Source of the DNA: Actinomycetota bacterium
GTDB taxonomy: Bacteria > Actinomycetota > JAHEXW01
Direction of reading: 5' to 3'
Assembly (NCBI GenBank): GCA_041658625.1
Contig: JBAZZW010000001.1
Coordinates: forward strand, 646,217-710,216
Length of the DNA: 64,000 nt
The position numbers were made by a program, and so were the translations under genes. Positions 18,242 to 27,717 of the stretch are shown here, piece by piece (within the stretch, counting starts at the first letter, position 1; each line of letters opens with the position of its first letter). The notes under the pieces were generated by a model that searched no databases, was not told the DNA's origin, and saw only the letters and a program-made list of their open reading frames with translations.

Positions 18242-19635
18242 CAGCCGGTTCCCCCGACAGTCAATTCCTTTATCCGCAGCGACGGCTGGCCGGTTCCGGC
18301 CGGAACGCTTTGGCCGGCTTTGCCGCACATGCCAGCGTCGAAATCCAGATCCCCGCCGACTAGGTCGATGTCAAATAACGTTCGTGGGCCGTTGCCGACC
18401 AGGACCGCCCCTTTGACGGGTTTGGCCACCTGGCCGTTGGCAATCAGATAGCCTTCGGTAACCCCGAATACGTAATCTCCGTTGGCCGGATTGACCTCTC
18501 CGCCGCCCAGCGATTTGGCGTAGAAACCGCGTTTTAGGCCGGACAGCATGTCCTCGAACGAAGCCGCGCCGGGCTTGATATAAGTGTTAGTCATTCTAGG
18601 AACAGGGATGTGGCGGAAAGACTGGCGGCGCCCGTTAGGCGTAGTCGGCACGCCTGCCAGACGGGCGTTAAACTTGTCGTACAGGAATCCTTTCAGAACG
18701 CCCTCTTCGATAAGGGAGTTGGCAACCGCGGGCGTCCCTTCGTCGTCAAAACCGAACGATCCCCATCGATGGGGAAGGCTGGGGTCGTCGGCAGCCGAAA
18801 CAACGTCGGCAGCCACTTTCTGCCCGGTCTTACCGGCGAAAACAGAGGCGCCTTTGCGGATAGCGTCCGCTTCCAAGCCGTGCCCACACGCTTCGTGAAA
18901 CAGCACCCCGCCCGTGCCGTTGCCCAGGACTACCGGCATGTTGCCCGCCGGCGCCGGAATAGCGTCCAACAACATTAAAGCCCGTCCGGCGGCCAGTCGC
19001 CCGATTTTCTCCGGACTCTCCGTTTCAAAAAGTTCGAATCCTCCGGAAATACCCGGCGCTTCATATCCCGATTCGACGCGATCGCTCCGCTTGGCGACCG
19101 CCAGTACGAAGATCCTTGTGAGAACGCGCTTGTCGGCGGCGTAGGCGCCGTCAGACGAGGCGATAACGACCTCCTGTACGCTGTCGGCCAAACTGACCGT
19201 CGCTTGGATGATCTCTCCGCCCGCCTCGCGCGCGGCCGCGTCGGCCCGCCTCGCGATACCCGCTTTAAAATCCTGGCTGACCTTTGAGGGTTCGATTTTC
19301 GCGAGATTCGCGTTCCCGGAAGCAAGATTGTTGAGCGGGATTATTACGTTCCGGGGTTCCGCGCCGGCGCGCGCTCCGACCGCTTCCGCTAAAGCCGCGG
19401 CCGCTTCCAAAACGCTGGCAGGGGTCAGGATGTCCGTATAAACATAATAGGTGGAGGCGCCGCTGATGACGCGAAGACCGGCCCCGGCGTCATGGCCGGC
19501 TGTAAAGGATTCTATCTTACCGTCTTCAAGCTTGAGTTTGTCGGTGGACTTTCGCTCGACAAAGATATCCGCGAAATCGCCGCCGCGCTTGAGCGCTTCC
19601 GCCAGCGCGCGGTTGATCACGTCGCGGTCAATCAT
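18241..19635 (-). CDS. tldD: Metalloprotease TldD
   Basis: HEACGHGLEAD zinc motif characteristic of TldD; 464 aa. Confidence 0.85.
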   Translation of the reverse strand: MIDRDVINRALAEALKRGGDFADIFVERKSTDKLKLEDGKIESFTAGHDAGAGLRVISGASTYYVYTDILTPASVLEAAAALAEAVGARAGAEPRNVIIPLNNLASGNANLAKIEPSKVSQDFKAGIARRADAAAREAGGEIIQATVSLADSVQEVVIASSDGAYAADKRVLTRIFVLAVAKRSDRVESGYEAPGISGGFELFETESPEKIGRLAAGRALMLLDAIPAPAGNMPVVLGNGTGGVLFHEACGHGLEADAIRKGASVFAGKTGQKVAADVVSAADDPSLPHRWGSFGFDDEGTPAVANSLIEEGVLKGFLYDKFNARLAGVPTTPNGRRQSFRHIPVPRMTNTYIKPGAASFEDMLSGLKRGFYAKSLGGGEVNPANGDYVFGVTEGYLIANGQVAKPVKGAVLVGNGPRTLFDIDLVGGDLDFDAGMCGKAGQSVPAGTGQPSLRIKELTVGGTG

Positions 19636-19652
19636 AGCGGTTTGGGACCAGT

Positions 19653-19946
19653 TTATGAGGCTTCGGCTTCAGCGCTGTATTTGGCAAGCTCTTCTTTGAG
19701 CTCGTCCATTTTCTGCCGGACGCGTCTTTCCTGCAAGCCAAGCGCGCCTTCGATCTTTGTGGCCGCGTCACCCAGGCTGTCTTTCGCCTGCTCCAGAATA
19801 TTGGTGGCCGAGTCTTTCAGGTCGCCGGCCGCTGTCGCGATCTGTTTGCGGGTTTCTTCCCCGGATTGCGGGGCAAACAATATAGCCAAAGTGACGCCGA
19901 TGGCGGCTCCGCTGAAAACTCCCCAACCGAATTCTTTCGCGCCCAT
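19653..19946 (-). CDS. YtxH-like (DUF948) small protein
   Basis: N-terminal TM plus charged coiled segment typical of YtxH family. Confidence 0.55.
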   Translation of the reverse strand: MGAKEFGWGVFSGAAIGVTLAILFAPQSGEETRKQIATAAGDLKDSATNILEQAKDSLGDAATKIEGALGLQERRVRQKMDELKEELAKYSAEAEAS

Positions 19947-19958
19947 TTCTACCTCCTG

Positions 19959-22211
19959 TCAGACTTCGACTTCATAGGTCATCAAGTATAGCATCGCCGG
20001 CACCAGGTACAAAAAAATCATCGCCATGGCGACCACGCCGGAATCATTGAACAACAGCGCCGCGACACAGGCGCTTAACCCGCCGACCATTGTCGGTTTA
20101 AAATACGGGTATCTACAGACTACCAATTTTAGCAGATTACGCAGGCCATAAAAAGCTAAACCCAACGCCGTCGCCGAGGCAATGTTAACCCAGTTCCAGA
20201 AGGCGTATTGAACAAGCTTGATGTTCATGGCCACTTTACGGTCGATAATCGTGACCAGCGGCGCGGAACCCTCAGCTTGGATCTGGCTGGCCAGGCGCCC
20301 GATGTGAGATCCGGCGGCCGCGCCCTGTCCAAGGTCGTACAGGACAAAAGCGGCCACGGCAGCGGCTCCGCCGACGGCCAGGATCGCCAAATCACGAATC
20401 TTATAGCCGCCTCTGACGTACCCCAACGACATCAAGCCGAATCCGAGTATGGCAGCCAGGAAACCGCCGAATTCCGCGCCCAGTTGCGGCGCGCCGACCA
20501 TTGCCGTGGCGATAAGCATGAGGCTTACCGCGACGATTTTTTTGACCGTCCCGGCCTCCCCGTCTTGCCAGCTCATGATATAGAAAAGGCCCAAGGTGAG
20601 ACCGCCGATAAGGACCCCGACATATTCGTTGCCGAGGCCATAGAAGCGGGCGCCGACGACCACCGAATAACTTAGCAAAGAATCCTGGGCTAAGCTTCCG
20701 CCCACGGCCAGGTCGATCAACAGCGTCGCGGCAACGCTCAGGCCTACTATCCCCATAGCTTCGACCGGCGTTCTGGCTCGCCAGTAAACCAGCGCGGCGA
20801 TAGCGGCTGTGCCGGCGACAATTTCCAGGAGTACCAGGGTTGTCGAGCTGTAGCTGAGCAGCGGAAGCAGGAGAACGACCAGCGGAATTACCGGTACCGA
20901 CAATAGGAGCCACCGGATTTTGGCCGCCTTGGATCTAAACCGTTTGGGCAGCAGGAGCGCCATAAAGAGAATCAAAACCATGATGTCCCAGTAGGCGATG
21001 CCTCTCAGCACCGGATTCATCAGGTTTCTTATGGTCACCCAGCGTTCGCTGATGTCCACGGCCTTCGCCAGCGCTTCGTCGCCGGTTCCGGCAGTGAAAA
21101 CAGGCCGTCCCGTAAACGCGGACGGTTGCTTGACGCCGAAGTGATTGAGAATCGTCGGCGCTATATCAATGTTTATAATAGCGGCGTCCCGCCTGGTGCT
21201 GGCTGAAGTCAAAAGACCGCGGCCGACGATGCCCGGACCGGCCATGACGACGGGGGTAACGATCCTGTTGGCCTTAACGTCCAACGCTGACGGCGTGGGC
21301 GTTACTACAATAACCAGGTCGTATTTCAAGTCTACGGAGTCCAGGATGCGGCCCAGGAACTCGTCGGCGCGAACCAAAGATTTTTTTATCAGCGTGCCTT
21401 CACGGCCGCCAGTGATGAAATCGCTTTCTTCCCGGATCCTGGTCGTATCGCCCCATTCAACCGCTACTACGTCCACTTTGCCGGAGGCGGCGGCAAAAGC
21501 GGCAAAAAGTTTGTCCGGGTCTGTGCGCCGTCCGGACGGGGCGCCGGCGTCCCTCATCGTTACATCGCGATCGAGCACGCCGTAATCGACCGTGCCTTGG
21601 CCGTTCATAAGGATGTCTATGGCGCTCCGGTTGTAGGCTTCCGAGTCGTCCGCGTTGCCGACCACGGCGGTTTTCAGCCCCGCGGCTTTAAGGGCGTCTC
21701 CCAACGCTCCGGGAACCGCGTCGGTCTGTTCGGTTATGTTCGCCTCAATAAGAGCGCCGATAGAAAGGTTGGCGGCTTGGGGATAGGAGAATGTCCGCCC
21801 GGTGCGTTCATTAAAAATGTCCGCGGCGTTCCGGCCTTCGACAGACTCCCTGGCGCCGAATCCTTCCAGGACGACCATGGTGCTTGTAGAGGTCGCGCTG
21901 GTCTTTAAGCCGATCGCCTTGTTGCCGGCGCCGATTGAAAGATATTGGGCTAAAGGATCGCCGGGCACCTGGCTGCGAACGCTGGCCAAACCAACGCCGC
22001 CGTTCTTGATGAGATCTTCCAGGTGGGGCATGCCAGCCGCTTCCATCTCTTTCAGATTAACCTGGTCAACGACGAAGATGACGACTTTACCGGCCTTTGG
22101 CGCGGCCAAGGCGGGCGCCGGAGTAAGTGACGAGGCGGCTATGGCAAACAGCGTCGCCGCGGCCGCCAGCCGGGCGCCAAACCGTTTAACTTTTCTTGGT
22201 AATGGCTTCAT
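19959..22211 (-). CDS. Large membrane protein: secreted N-terminal alkaline-phosphatase-superfamily-like domain plus C-terminal multi-TM domain
   Basis: Signal peptide, about 400 aa soluble domain (VIFVVDQVN metal-Asp-like start), then 8+ hydrophobic helices. Confidence 0.45.
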   Translation of the reverse strand: MKPLPRKVKRFGARLAAAATLFAIAASSLTPAPALAAPKAGKVVIFVVDQVNLKEMEAAGMPHLEDLIKNGGVGLASVRSQVPGDPLAQYLSIGAGNKAIGLKTSATSTSTMVVLEGFGARESVEGRNAADIFNERTGRTFSYPQAANLSIGALIEANITEQTDAVPGALGDALKAAGLKTAVVGNADDSEAYNRSAIDILMNGQGTVDYGVLDRDVTMRDAGAPSGRRTDPDKLFAAFAAASGKVDVVAVEWGDTTRIREESDFITGGREGTLIKKSLVRADEFLGRILDSVDLKYDLVIVVTPTPSALDVKANRIVTPVVMAGPGIVGRGLLTSASTRRDAAIINIDIAPTILNHFGVKQPSAFTGRPVFTAGTGDEALAKAVDISERWVTIRNLMNPVLRGIAYWDIMVLILFMALLLPKRFRSKAAKIRWLLLSVPVIPLVVLLLPLLSYSSTTLVLLEIVAGTAAIAALVYWRARTPVEAMGIVGLSVAATLLIDLAVGGSLAQDSLLSYSVVVGARFYGLGNEYVGVLIGGLTLGLFYIMSWQDGEAGTVKKIVAVSLMLIATAMVGAPQLGAEFGGFLAAILGFGLMSLGYVRGGYKIRDLAILAVGGAAAVAAFVLYDLGQGAAAGSHIGRLASQIQAEGSAPLVTIIDRKVAMNIKLVQYAFWNWVNIASATALGLAFYGLRNLLKLVVCRYPYFKPTMVGGLSACVAALLFNDSGVVAMAMIFLYLVPAMLYLMTYEVEV

Positions 22212-23151
22212 AGATCCGCTCGAGATCGTCGATAGTCGAAAACTCGATGTCGATCTTGCCTTTTTTCCGTCCCAAGTGGACTTTTATCGGGGCCTGCAGG
22301 AATTCGGAAAGCTTTTCCGCCAGGGCTGTCAGACCTTTTGGCTGCAACGGTTTGCGCCGCTGGGGCTCGCTGGCGATACCCTTGCGCCAGCGCCTGATGA
22401 TATCCTCGATCTGGCGGACCGACAGGTCTTCCCTGACAATCCGGCGCGCCAGTTTGCCCTGGAAGGAATCTCCCTGCAAGGCCAGGAGGCTTCTGGCGTG
22501 GCCTGAAGTAATGTCTCCGCTGACAACCAGGCGCTGTATCTCGGGCGGCAGCTGCAGCAATCTCAGGGTGTTGGCTACGGTTGCCCTGTCTTTGCCGACG
22601 CGTTTGGCGATGTCGTTCTGGCTGATGTCAAAATCGTCGATTAGTTGACGGTAGGCTAGCGCTTCCTCGATCGCGTTCAGGTTCTCTCTTTGAATGTTTT
22701 CAACCAACGCCATCTCCAGAGATTCGGTATTGGTGGAAGTCCTGATGATGGCCGGGATTGTTTTTAGACCCGCTTTTTGGCAGGCCCGCCAGCGCCGCTC
22801 GCCGACCACCAGCTCGTAGACCTCTCCTGAAGGTCTGACCATGATCGGTTGGACGATGCCCAACTCCTTGATCGAAGCGACCAGTTCTTCCAAAGCCTGG
22901 TCGTCCATTTGTTTACGCGGCTGGTGGGGGTTCGGGACGATCTGGTCGATCGCGACATCTTTCAGATTGAGCGAGGCGGGTTGCTCCATCTTGACGATGG
23001 CGGCCTCCTTTGGCTGCTCGGCAGTCTTGGCCGCCGCGTCTTCAGTGACCTCTACCTGTGGTTCCTCTTCCGGCGTTTCTTGTTGTCCGGGCTCGGCTCC
23101 TCCTGTCGGAATCAGCGCCGATAGTCCCCGGCCTAGTCCTCTCTTAGCCAT
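22186..23151 (-). CDS. parB: Chromosome partitioning protein ParB (Spo0J)
   Basis: ParB box GERRWRA, HTH; adjacent to parA. Confidence 0.9.
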   Translation of the reverse strand: MAKRGLGRGLSALIPTGGAEPGQQETPEEEPQVEVTEDAAAKTAEQPKEAAIVKMEQPASLNLKDVAIDQIVPNPHQPRKQMDDQALEELVASIKELGIVQPIMVRPSGEVYELVVGERRWRACQKAGLKTIPAIIRTSTNTESLEMALVENIQRENLNAIEEALAYRQLIDDFDISQNDIAKRVGKDRATVANTLRLLQLPPEIQRLVVSGDITSGHARSLLALQGDSFQGKLARRIVREDLSVRQIEDIIRRWRKGIASEPQRRKPLQPKGLTALAEKLSEFLQAPIKVHLGRKKGKIDIEFSTIDDLERIYEAITKKS

Positions 23152-24106
23152 GTCTCATCACTTCCTCCGCTAACTCCTTATAGGCAACGGCTCCTCGCGA
23201 CAGCGCGTCGTAGTTCGCGATCGGCTGCCCGAAACTGGGGGCCTCGCTTAACCGCACGCTTCTCGGGATAACCGTCATATAGACCTGCCCGGGGAAGTGG
23301 GTTCGCACTTCCGCCACCACCTCTTGGGCGATCTTTGTTCTGGCGTCAAACATCGTCAACAGCAATCCGGCCAACTTGAGGTCCGGATTCAGGTATTTCT
23401 TGACCTCGTTTATGCTCTCAAGCAACTGCGTTAAGCCCTCCAGCGCGAAGTATTCGCATTGCACCGGAATGACCAGCTCTTCCGCCGCCGTCAACGCGTT
23501 GACCGTCAAAAGACCTAGACTAGGCGGGCAATCTATGATGACATAGCTGAATTTGCCTTTCAGAGAGGAAACTATCTCGCGCATACGAGTCTCTCGGCTC
23601 ATGACGTTGACTAGTTCAACTTGGGCGCCGACCAGTCGGAAACACGACGGGGCCAAATACAGGTGCTCGATACCCGCCGGCCGGATGATCGCGTCGATTT
23701 CCGCCCTTTTCATGAGCACTTCGTATACGCAGGTCTCCAGCGCATTCGGATCGATCCCCAGCCCGCTGGTTGCGTTGCCTTGGGGATCGAGATCTATCAA
23801 CAATGTTTTATAACCGCTTAAGGCCAGGTAGGCCGCCAGATTGATGGATGTTGTCGTCTTGCCGACGCCGCCTTTTTGGTTGGCGACTACAATAACGCGT
23901 GTCGTTTCAACGGGCCTTCCCGGGGTACCGGGCGAGGCTCCGTTCGCCGCATTTGGCGCGTCCGCTTCGCCGTTTCCCCCCGGTGATCTGCCATGCAAAC
24001 GCCCCAAACGCCCGCCGTCGACCGGCGCGGCCGGTTTGGTCGCGTCATGAACACCCACGTGCGTTATGTGTTCTTCGTTTTTCTTGTTTCTTCTGAATAA
24101 AGCCAT
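23144..24106 (-). CDS. parA: Chromosome partitioning ATPase ParA (Soj) with long low-complexity N-terminal extension
   Basis: Walker A KGGVGKTTTSINLAAYLA; ORF track extends to 24148 but overlaps rsmG, so ATG 24106 preferred. Confidence 0.85.
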   Translation of the reverse strand: MALFRRNKKNEEHITHVGVHDATKPAAPVDGGRLGRLHGRSPGGNGEADAPNAANGASPGTPGRPVETTRVIVVANQKGGVGKTTTSINLAAYLALSGYKTLLIDLDPQGNATSGLGIDPNALETCVYEVLMKRAEIDAIIRPAGIEHLYLAPSCFRLVGAQVELVNVMSRETRMREIVSSLKGKFSYVIIDCPPSLGLLTVNALTAAEELVIPVQCEYFALEGLTQLLESINEVKKYLNPDLKLAGLLLTMFDARTKIAQEVVAEVRTHFPGQVYMTVIPRSVRLSEAPSFGQPIANYDALSRGAVAYKELAEEVMRHG

Positions 24107-24108
24107 TC

Positions 24109-24855
24109 CTAGCTCCCCGTCAAAGGACGTTTCAGGGGTACGCCGCACCGCCGAGGATATCTGGCGGGCGTCGGCCCGGTTTTTTCTATTTCCACTAAAT
24201 AACGCTCAGCCGACACGAGCGGCACATCTACCTTGGTCACCGCTTTGAGCAGGCCGTTCAGCTCGGTTATCGCGAAGCCGGCCGAATCTGATTCCTCCGC
24301 CGCTTTTGGCCCGCGTTGAGCGACAAACGTCCCGCCTGACCTTAGAAAAGGCAGGGCGTATTCAACCAACGTCGGCAATGGCGCGACCGCTCGCGCGACA
24401 ACACAGTCGTATCCCTCGCGCAGGGATTGATCGCGTCCGGCGTCTTCCGCCCTGGCGCAAACAACCTCCGCGTTCCTCAAGCCGAGCCGGGCAATGACCT
24501 CCCGGACGAAAGCCGAACGCTTAACCGACGAATCGAGCAAGGTTACAGACATATCGGGACGGGCGATGGCCAGCGGCAAACCAGGCAATCCCGCTCCCGA
24601 GCCGACATCTATCGTTCGAAGACAATTCTCCGGTATCGCAATCAGACAACTTAGGCTGTCCAGAAGATGGTGCGACAGCAACGTTTCGGCGTCTGGGGCC
24701 CCGACTAAATTGGCTCTCTTGTTGCCCTCCAGAAGCGCGGCAGCAAATATGTCAAATAATTCCAGTTGTTTTTGGCTGAGTAAAAGCCCAAAAACGCTTG
24801 CCCCTTTTTTCAGTTTTTCAAGGTCTAGTGTCATCATCTGTATTGATGCGCTCAA
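24109..24855 (-). CDS. rsmG: 16S rRNA m7G527 methyltransferase RsmG (GidB)
   Basis: SAM-MTase motif DVGSGAGLPG; conserved position between mnmG and parA; true start probably 24837. Confidence 0.85.
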   Translation of the reverse strand: MSASIQMMTLDLEKLKKGASVFGLLLSQKQLELFDIFAAALLEGNKRANLVGAPDAETLLSHHLLDSLSCLIAIPENCLRTIDVGSGAGLPGLPLAIARPDMSVTLLDSSVKRSAFVREVIARLGLRNAEVVCARAEDAGRDQSLREGYDCVVARAVAPLPTLVEYALPFLRSGGTFVAQRGPKAAEESDSAGFAITELNGLLKAVTKVDVPLVSAERYLVEIEKTGPTPARYPRRCGVPLKRPLTGS

Positions 24856-26713
24856 GATGCACCATGAGCAGGGATATGTCCGCGGGAGACACGCCTGAAA
24901 CCCGGGCGGCCTGGCCGAGCGAACGCGGGCTTACGCGATTCAGCCTCTCTCTTGCTTCAAAGGATAACCCACTTAATTGATGGTAGTCAAGGTCGTCCGG
25001 CAGCCTCTTGCCCTCCAATCGACGATGCTTGGAGACCCGGTCGAGCTCCCTTTTGACATAGCCCGAATACTTGATGCCGACCTCTGACGTGACCCTTACG
25101 TCGTCCTCATATTCGCTGATGAAAGGACAAAACGGCACTAAATCGGCCAGCGTGACGCCGGGCCGCTTCAGAAGCGTCTCGGCGGCCACTGCTTGCTTGA
25201 TCGGACCTCCGCCGCGCTGTTCCAACATCCCGTTGAGCCCCGGAGAAGGAGAGACGCGGACCTTTAGCAAGGCCTCTTCCAGCTCTTTGATCTCGGCTTC
25301 CCGACGCCTGAACCTGGCCCGCCGTTCGGGCGTGACCAGGCCGGCTTTCTCGCCCAAGGGGGTCAAGCGGAGGTCGGCGTTGTCGCTGCGCAGCATCAGA
25401 CGAAACTCGGCTCGCGAGGTATAGACGCGATACGGTTCGGCTACGCCTTTGGTCACCAAGTCGTCGATCAGTACGCCAATATAGGCCTCGTCCCGACCGA
25501 TAATCAGGGGTTCCTCAGCCCGGGCACACCGGGCTGCGTTGAGTCCGGCCAACAGACCTTGGGCGGCTGCTTCCTCGTAACCGGTCGTGCCGTTGACCTG
25601 CCCGGCTGTAAACAAACCGCGAACCGCCTTGACCTCCAGAGCAGACGTCAGTTGATCGGGTAAAACATAGTCGTAGGCGACCGCGTAGCCGGGTCGGGCG
25701 ATAACAGCCCGCTCAAGCCCCGGGACCGTCCTGACGATGCCCGTCTGGATCTCGGCGGGCATGGCCGTCGTCAGACCCTGTAGATACATCTCCTCGGAAT
25801 CCAAACCCTCGGGTTCGACGAAGACCGGATGGGTCGCCTTGTCGGGAAAGTTCAGTACCTTTCTGTCTATGGACGGGCAGTTCCGGGGTCCGTGCTCGGT
25901 AACGGCCCCCGATTTTATCGGCGAAAACTCGATGTTTTGCCTGATAAACTCGTGTGTTCCGGGCGTCGTATGGGTTAAGTGGCAAGGAATCTGCAAAGGC
26001 TGGACAGCCGGCGAAAGAAACGAAAAGTGGAGCGGCTCGGCGCTTCCCGGCTCGATTTTCATCGCCGCGAAATCGACCGATTTGCGGAACACGCGGGGCG
26101 GCGTAGCGGTTTGAAACCGCCCCAGGTCAAGTCCTGCCCGGCGTAGCGAGTCGCCCAGCTTCTCGGCCGGCGCCTCGCCCGTTCGTCCGCCGGGTTCCGT
26201 TTGGTCTCCCATGATAAGCCGGCCGTGAAGAAACGTCCCGGCCGTAACCACAACCGCCTTGGCGATCAGGCGGTCTCCGTTTGATAGCACCAGGCTATGA
26301 ACGCGGTTGGTCCCGACAATCAGCTCGGCCGCTTCGCCCTCGATCAACGTTAACCCGGCGGCGGCCTCCAAAAGGCGCCTCATGCCGGCTGCGTAGAGTG
26401 CCTTATCAGCCTGGGCGCGAAGCGCCTGAACAGCCGGTCCTTTGCTGCCATTCAGCTTCTTGATCTGCAGTGACGTCTGGTCGATCAACAAGCCCATGGC
26501 GCCGCCAAGGGCGTCTATCTCCCGGACAAGTTGCCCCTTGCCGATGCCGCCGATAGAGGGGTTACAGGGCATGAGGGCGATGTGGCCCAACGACAGGGTG
26601 ATCAAGGCTGTTCGCGCACCCGTTTTAGCTGCCGCTAAGGCTGCTTCACATCCGGCGTGGCCTGCGCCAATAACGACCACATCATAGTTGTTCGGGCTTC
26701 CGTTTTTCATCAT
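24818..26713 (-). CDS. mnmG: tRNA uridine-5-carboxymethylaminomethyl synthesis enzyme MnmG (GidA)
   Basis: FAD motif VIGAGHAGCEAA, 631 aa. Confidence 0.95.
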   Translation of the reverse strand: MMKNGSPNNYDVVVIGAGHAGCEAALAAAKTGARTALITLSLGHIALMPCNPSIGGIGKGQLVREIDALGGAMGLLIDQTSLQIKKLNGSKGPAVQALRAQADKALYAAGMRRLLEAAAGLTLIEGEAAELIVGTNRVHSLVLSNGDRLIAKAVVVTAGTFLHGRLIMGDQTEPGGRTGEAPAEKLGDSLRRAGLDLGRFQTATPPRVFRKSVDFAAMKIEPGSAEPLHFSFLSPAVQPLQIPCHLTHTTPGTHEFIRQNIEFSPIKSGAVTEHGPRNCPSIDRKVLNFPDKATHPVFVEPEGLDSEEMYLQGLTTAMPAEIQTGIVRTVPGLERAVIARPGYAVAYDYVLPDQLTSALEVKAVRGLFTAGQVNGTTGYEEAAAQGLLAGLNAARCARAEEPLIIGRDEAYIGVLIDDLVTKGVAEPYRVYTSRAEFRLMLRSDNADLRLTPLGEKAGLVTPERRARFRRREAEIKELEEALLKVRVSPSPGLNGMLEQRGGGPIKQAVAAETLLKRPGVTLADLVPFCPFISEYEDDVRVTSEVGIKYSGYVKRELDRVSKHRRLEGKRLPDDLDYHQLSGLSFEARERLNRVSPRSLGQAARVSGVSPADISLLMVHLERINTDDDTRP

Positions 26714-26720
26714 GCTCCAG

Positions 26721-26740
26721 GGCGTTTCACGTGAAACGCC
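26721..26740. promoter_or_regulatory. Perfect 20-bp palindrome GGCGTTTCACGTGAAACGCC 8 nt upstream of mnmG start codon
   Basis: Exact dyad; related 14-bp palindrome GTTTCACGTGAAAC upstream of mnmE at 29209. Confidence 0.5.
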
Positions 26741-27120
26741 TTTATCGAGGGACGACTAAAACTATACCAAACGGGCGTTTCGCAGGCAAAAACAAGGACG
26801 CGCAAGCGTATCTTTATGGGGTTGCCCGTGCCGTATAAGTTAGGTCGGCGGACCGTTGTTTTTGGCTGATGGCAGGAGTTGGCCACAATGCTAGCTGGAA
26901 GCATAAGTAATGACCACAGGAATCGCTGTCATATTATTACTGCTAAAACCAGCAACTATTATTGCCAATACTTGGAATGAAAAACGACAAGAATTAACAG
27001 GCTCTACCACGGGGGGCTAGCGGCTGTTTTTTCTTGCCCACTAAGCACGACTCCGATCTACCAAACACGATTAGGGTTTTGCCCGACTTCTTTTGATGAC
27101 TGTTTCAGGTCGTGTTCCCG

Positions 27121-27231
27121 CTCCACCACGCACGTGAATTAGCCGGTAAAGTAAGCGGCGTGTCAGTTCCCTGCCTGCCGGCAGGCAGGCTGCGGCGGAT
27201 TTGCGGGGCGCCCCAGGATGACTGTTCTTAT
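27121..27231. repeat. R2 structured repeat copy 2
   Basis: CTCCACCACGCACGTGAATTAGCCGGTAAAGTAAGCGGCGTGTCAGTTCC identical to copy 3; hairpin CCTGCCTGCCGGCAGGCAGG replaces the GATTCGA...TCGAATC hairpin of other copies; ends CCCAGGATGACTGTTC. Confidence 0.6.
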
Positions 27232-27547
27232 ATCAGCTCCGAAAAACCATGCCTTAAAAGAGTCATCCTAAGGAGGCGCGTTAGCGCCGACGAGGGAACT
27301 GAGACGAGGCTTTCAAATCCAGGAGGAATCGTGTTTGGTGGATCGGAAAATAATCCTCGCTTCTGTTCGTGGAAAGGTGCGTTTGGGTCTAAGCCGCGGG
27401 CGGAGTTGTTGCGCGCCCCCTTGAGCTTTAGGGGTCGGTTCCCTCCTAACAGACGTGAGCTGATTTTCGCGCTCTGTGAGCGAAGCTTATAACCGGATTC
27501 CCATAGCACGCGAGAAGCAGTCATCTCTTCCTGTCCTTGATCTACTA

Positions 27548-27717
27548 GGCACGATTTTAGCTGGAGTGAAGGTTCTTGCTCCACCACGCACGTGAATTAG
27601 CCGGTAAAGTAAGCGGCGTGTCAGTTCCTGCGATTCGACAAAATACATCGAATCCCAGGATGACTGTTCGTGGTGGCCGACGGCAGGACCCGCGGCGGCT
27701 AACAGACGTGAGCTATT
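27548..27717. repeat. R2 structured repeat copy 3, abutting mnmE stop codon
   Basis: Blocks GGCACGATTTTAGCTGGAGTGAAGG + CTCCACCACGCACGTGAATTAGCCGG... + GATTCGA-loop-TCGAATCCCAGGATGACTGTTCG + TAACAGACGTGAGCT. Confidence 0.6.

Noticed and set aside
26880-27130. Possible tmRNA or tRNA in the low-GC mnmE-mnmG spacer (CTCCACCA and TCGAATCC strings)
   Set aside because: No acceptable T-arm (GGTTCGAATCC) or acceptor pairing, no tag-peptide reading frame ending in a canonical hydrophobic C-terminus. The strings belong to the R2 repeat.
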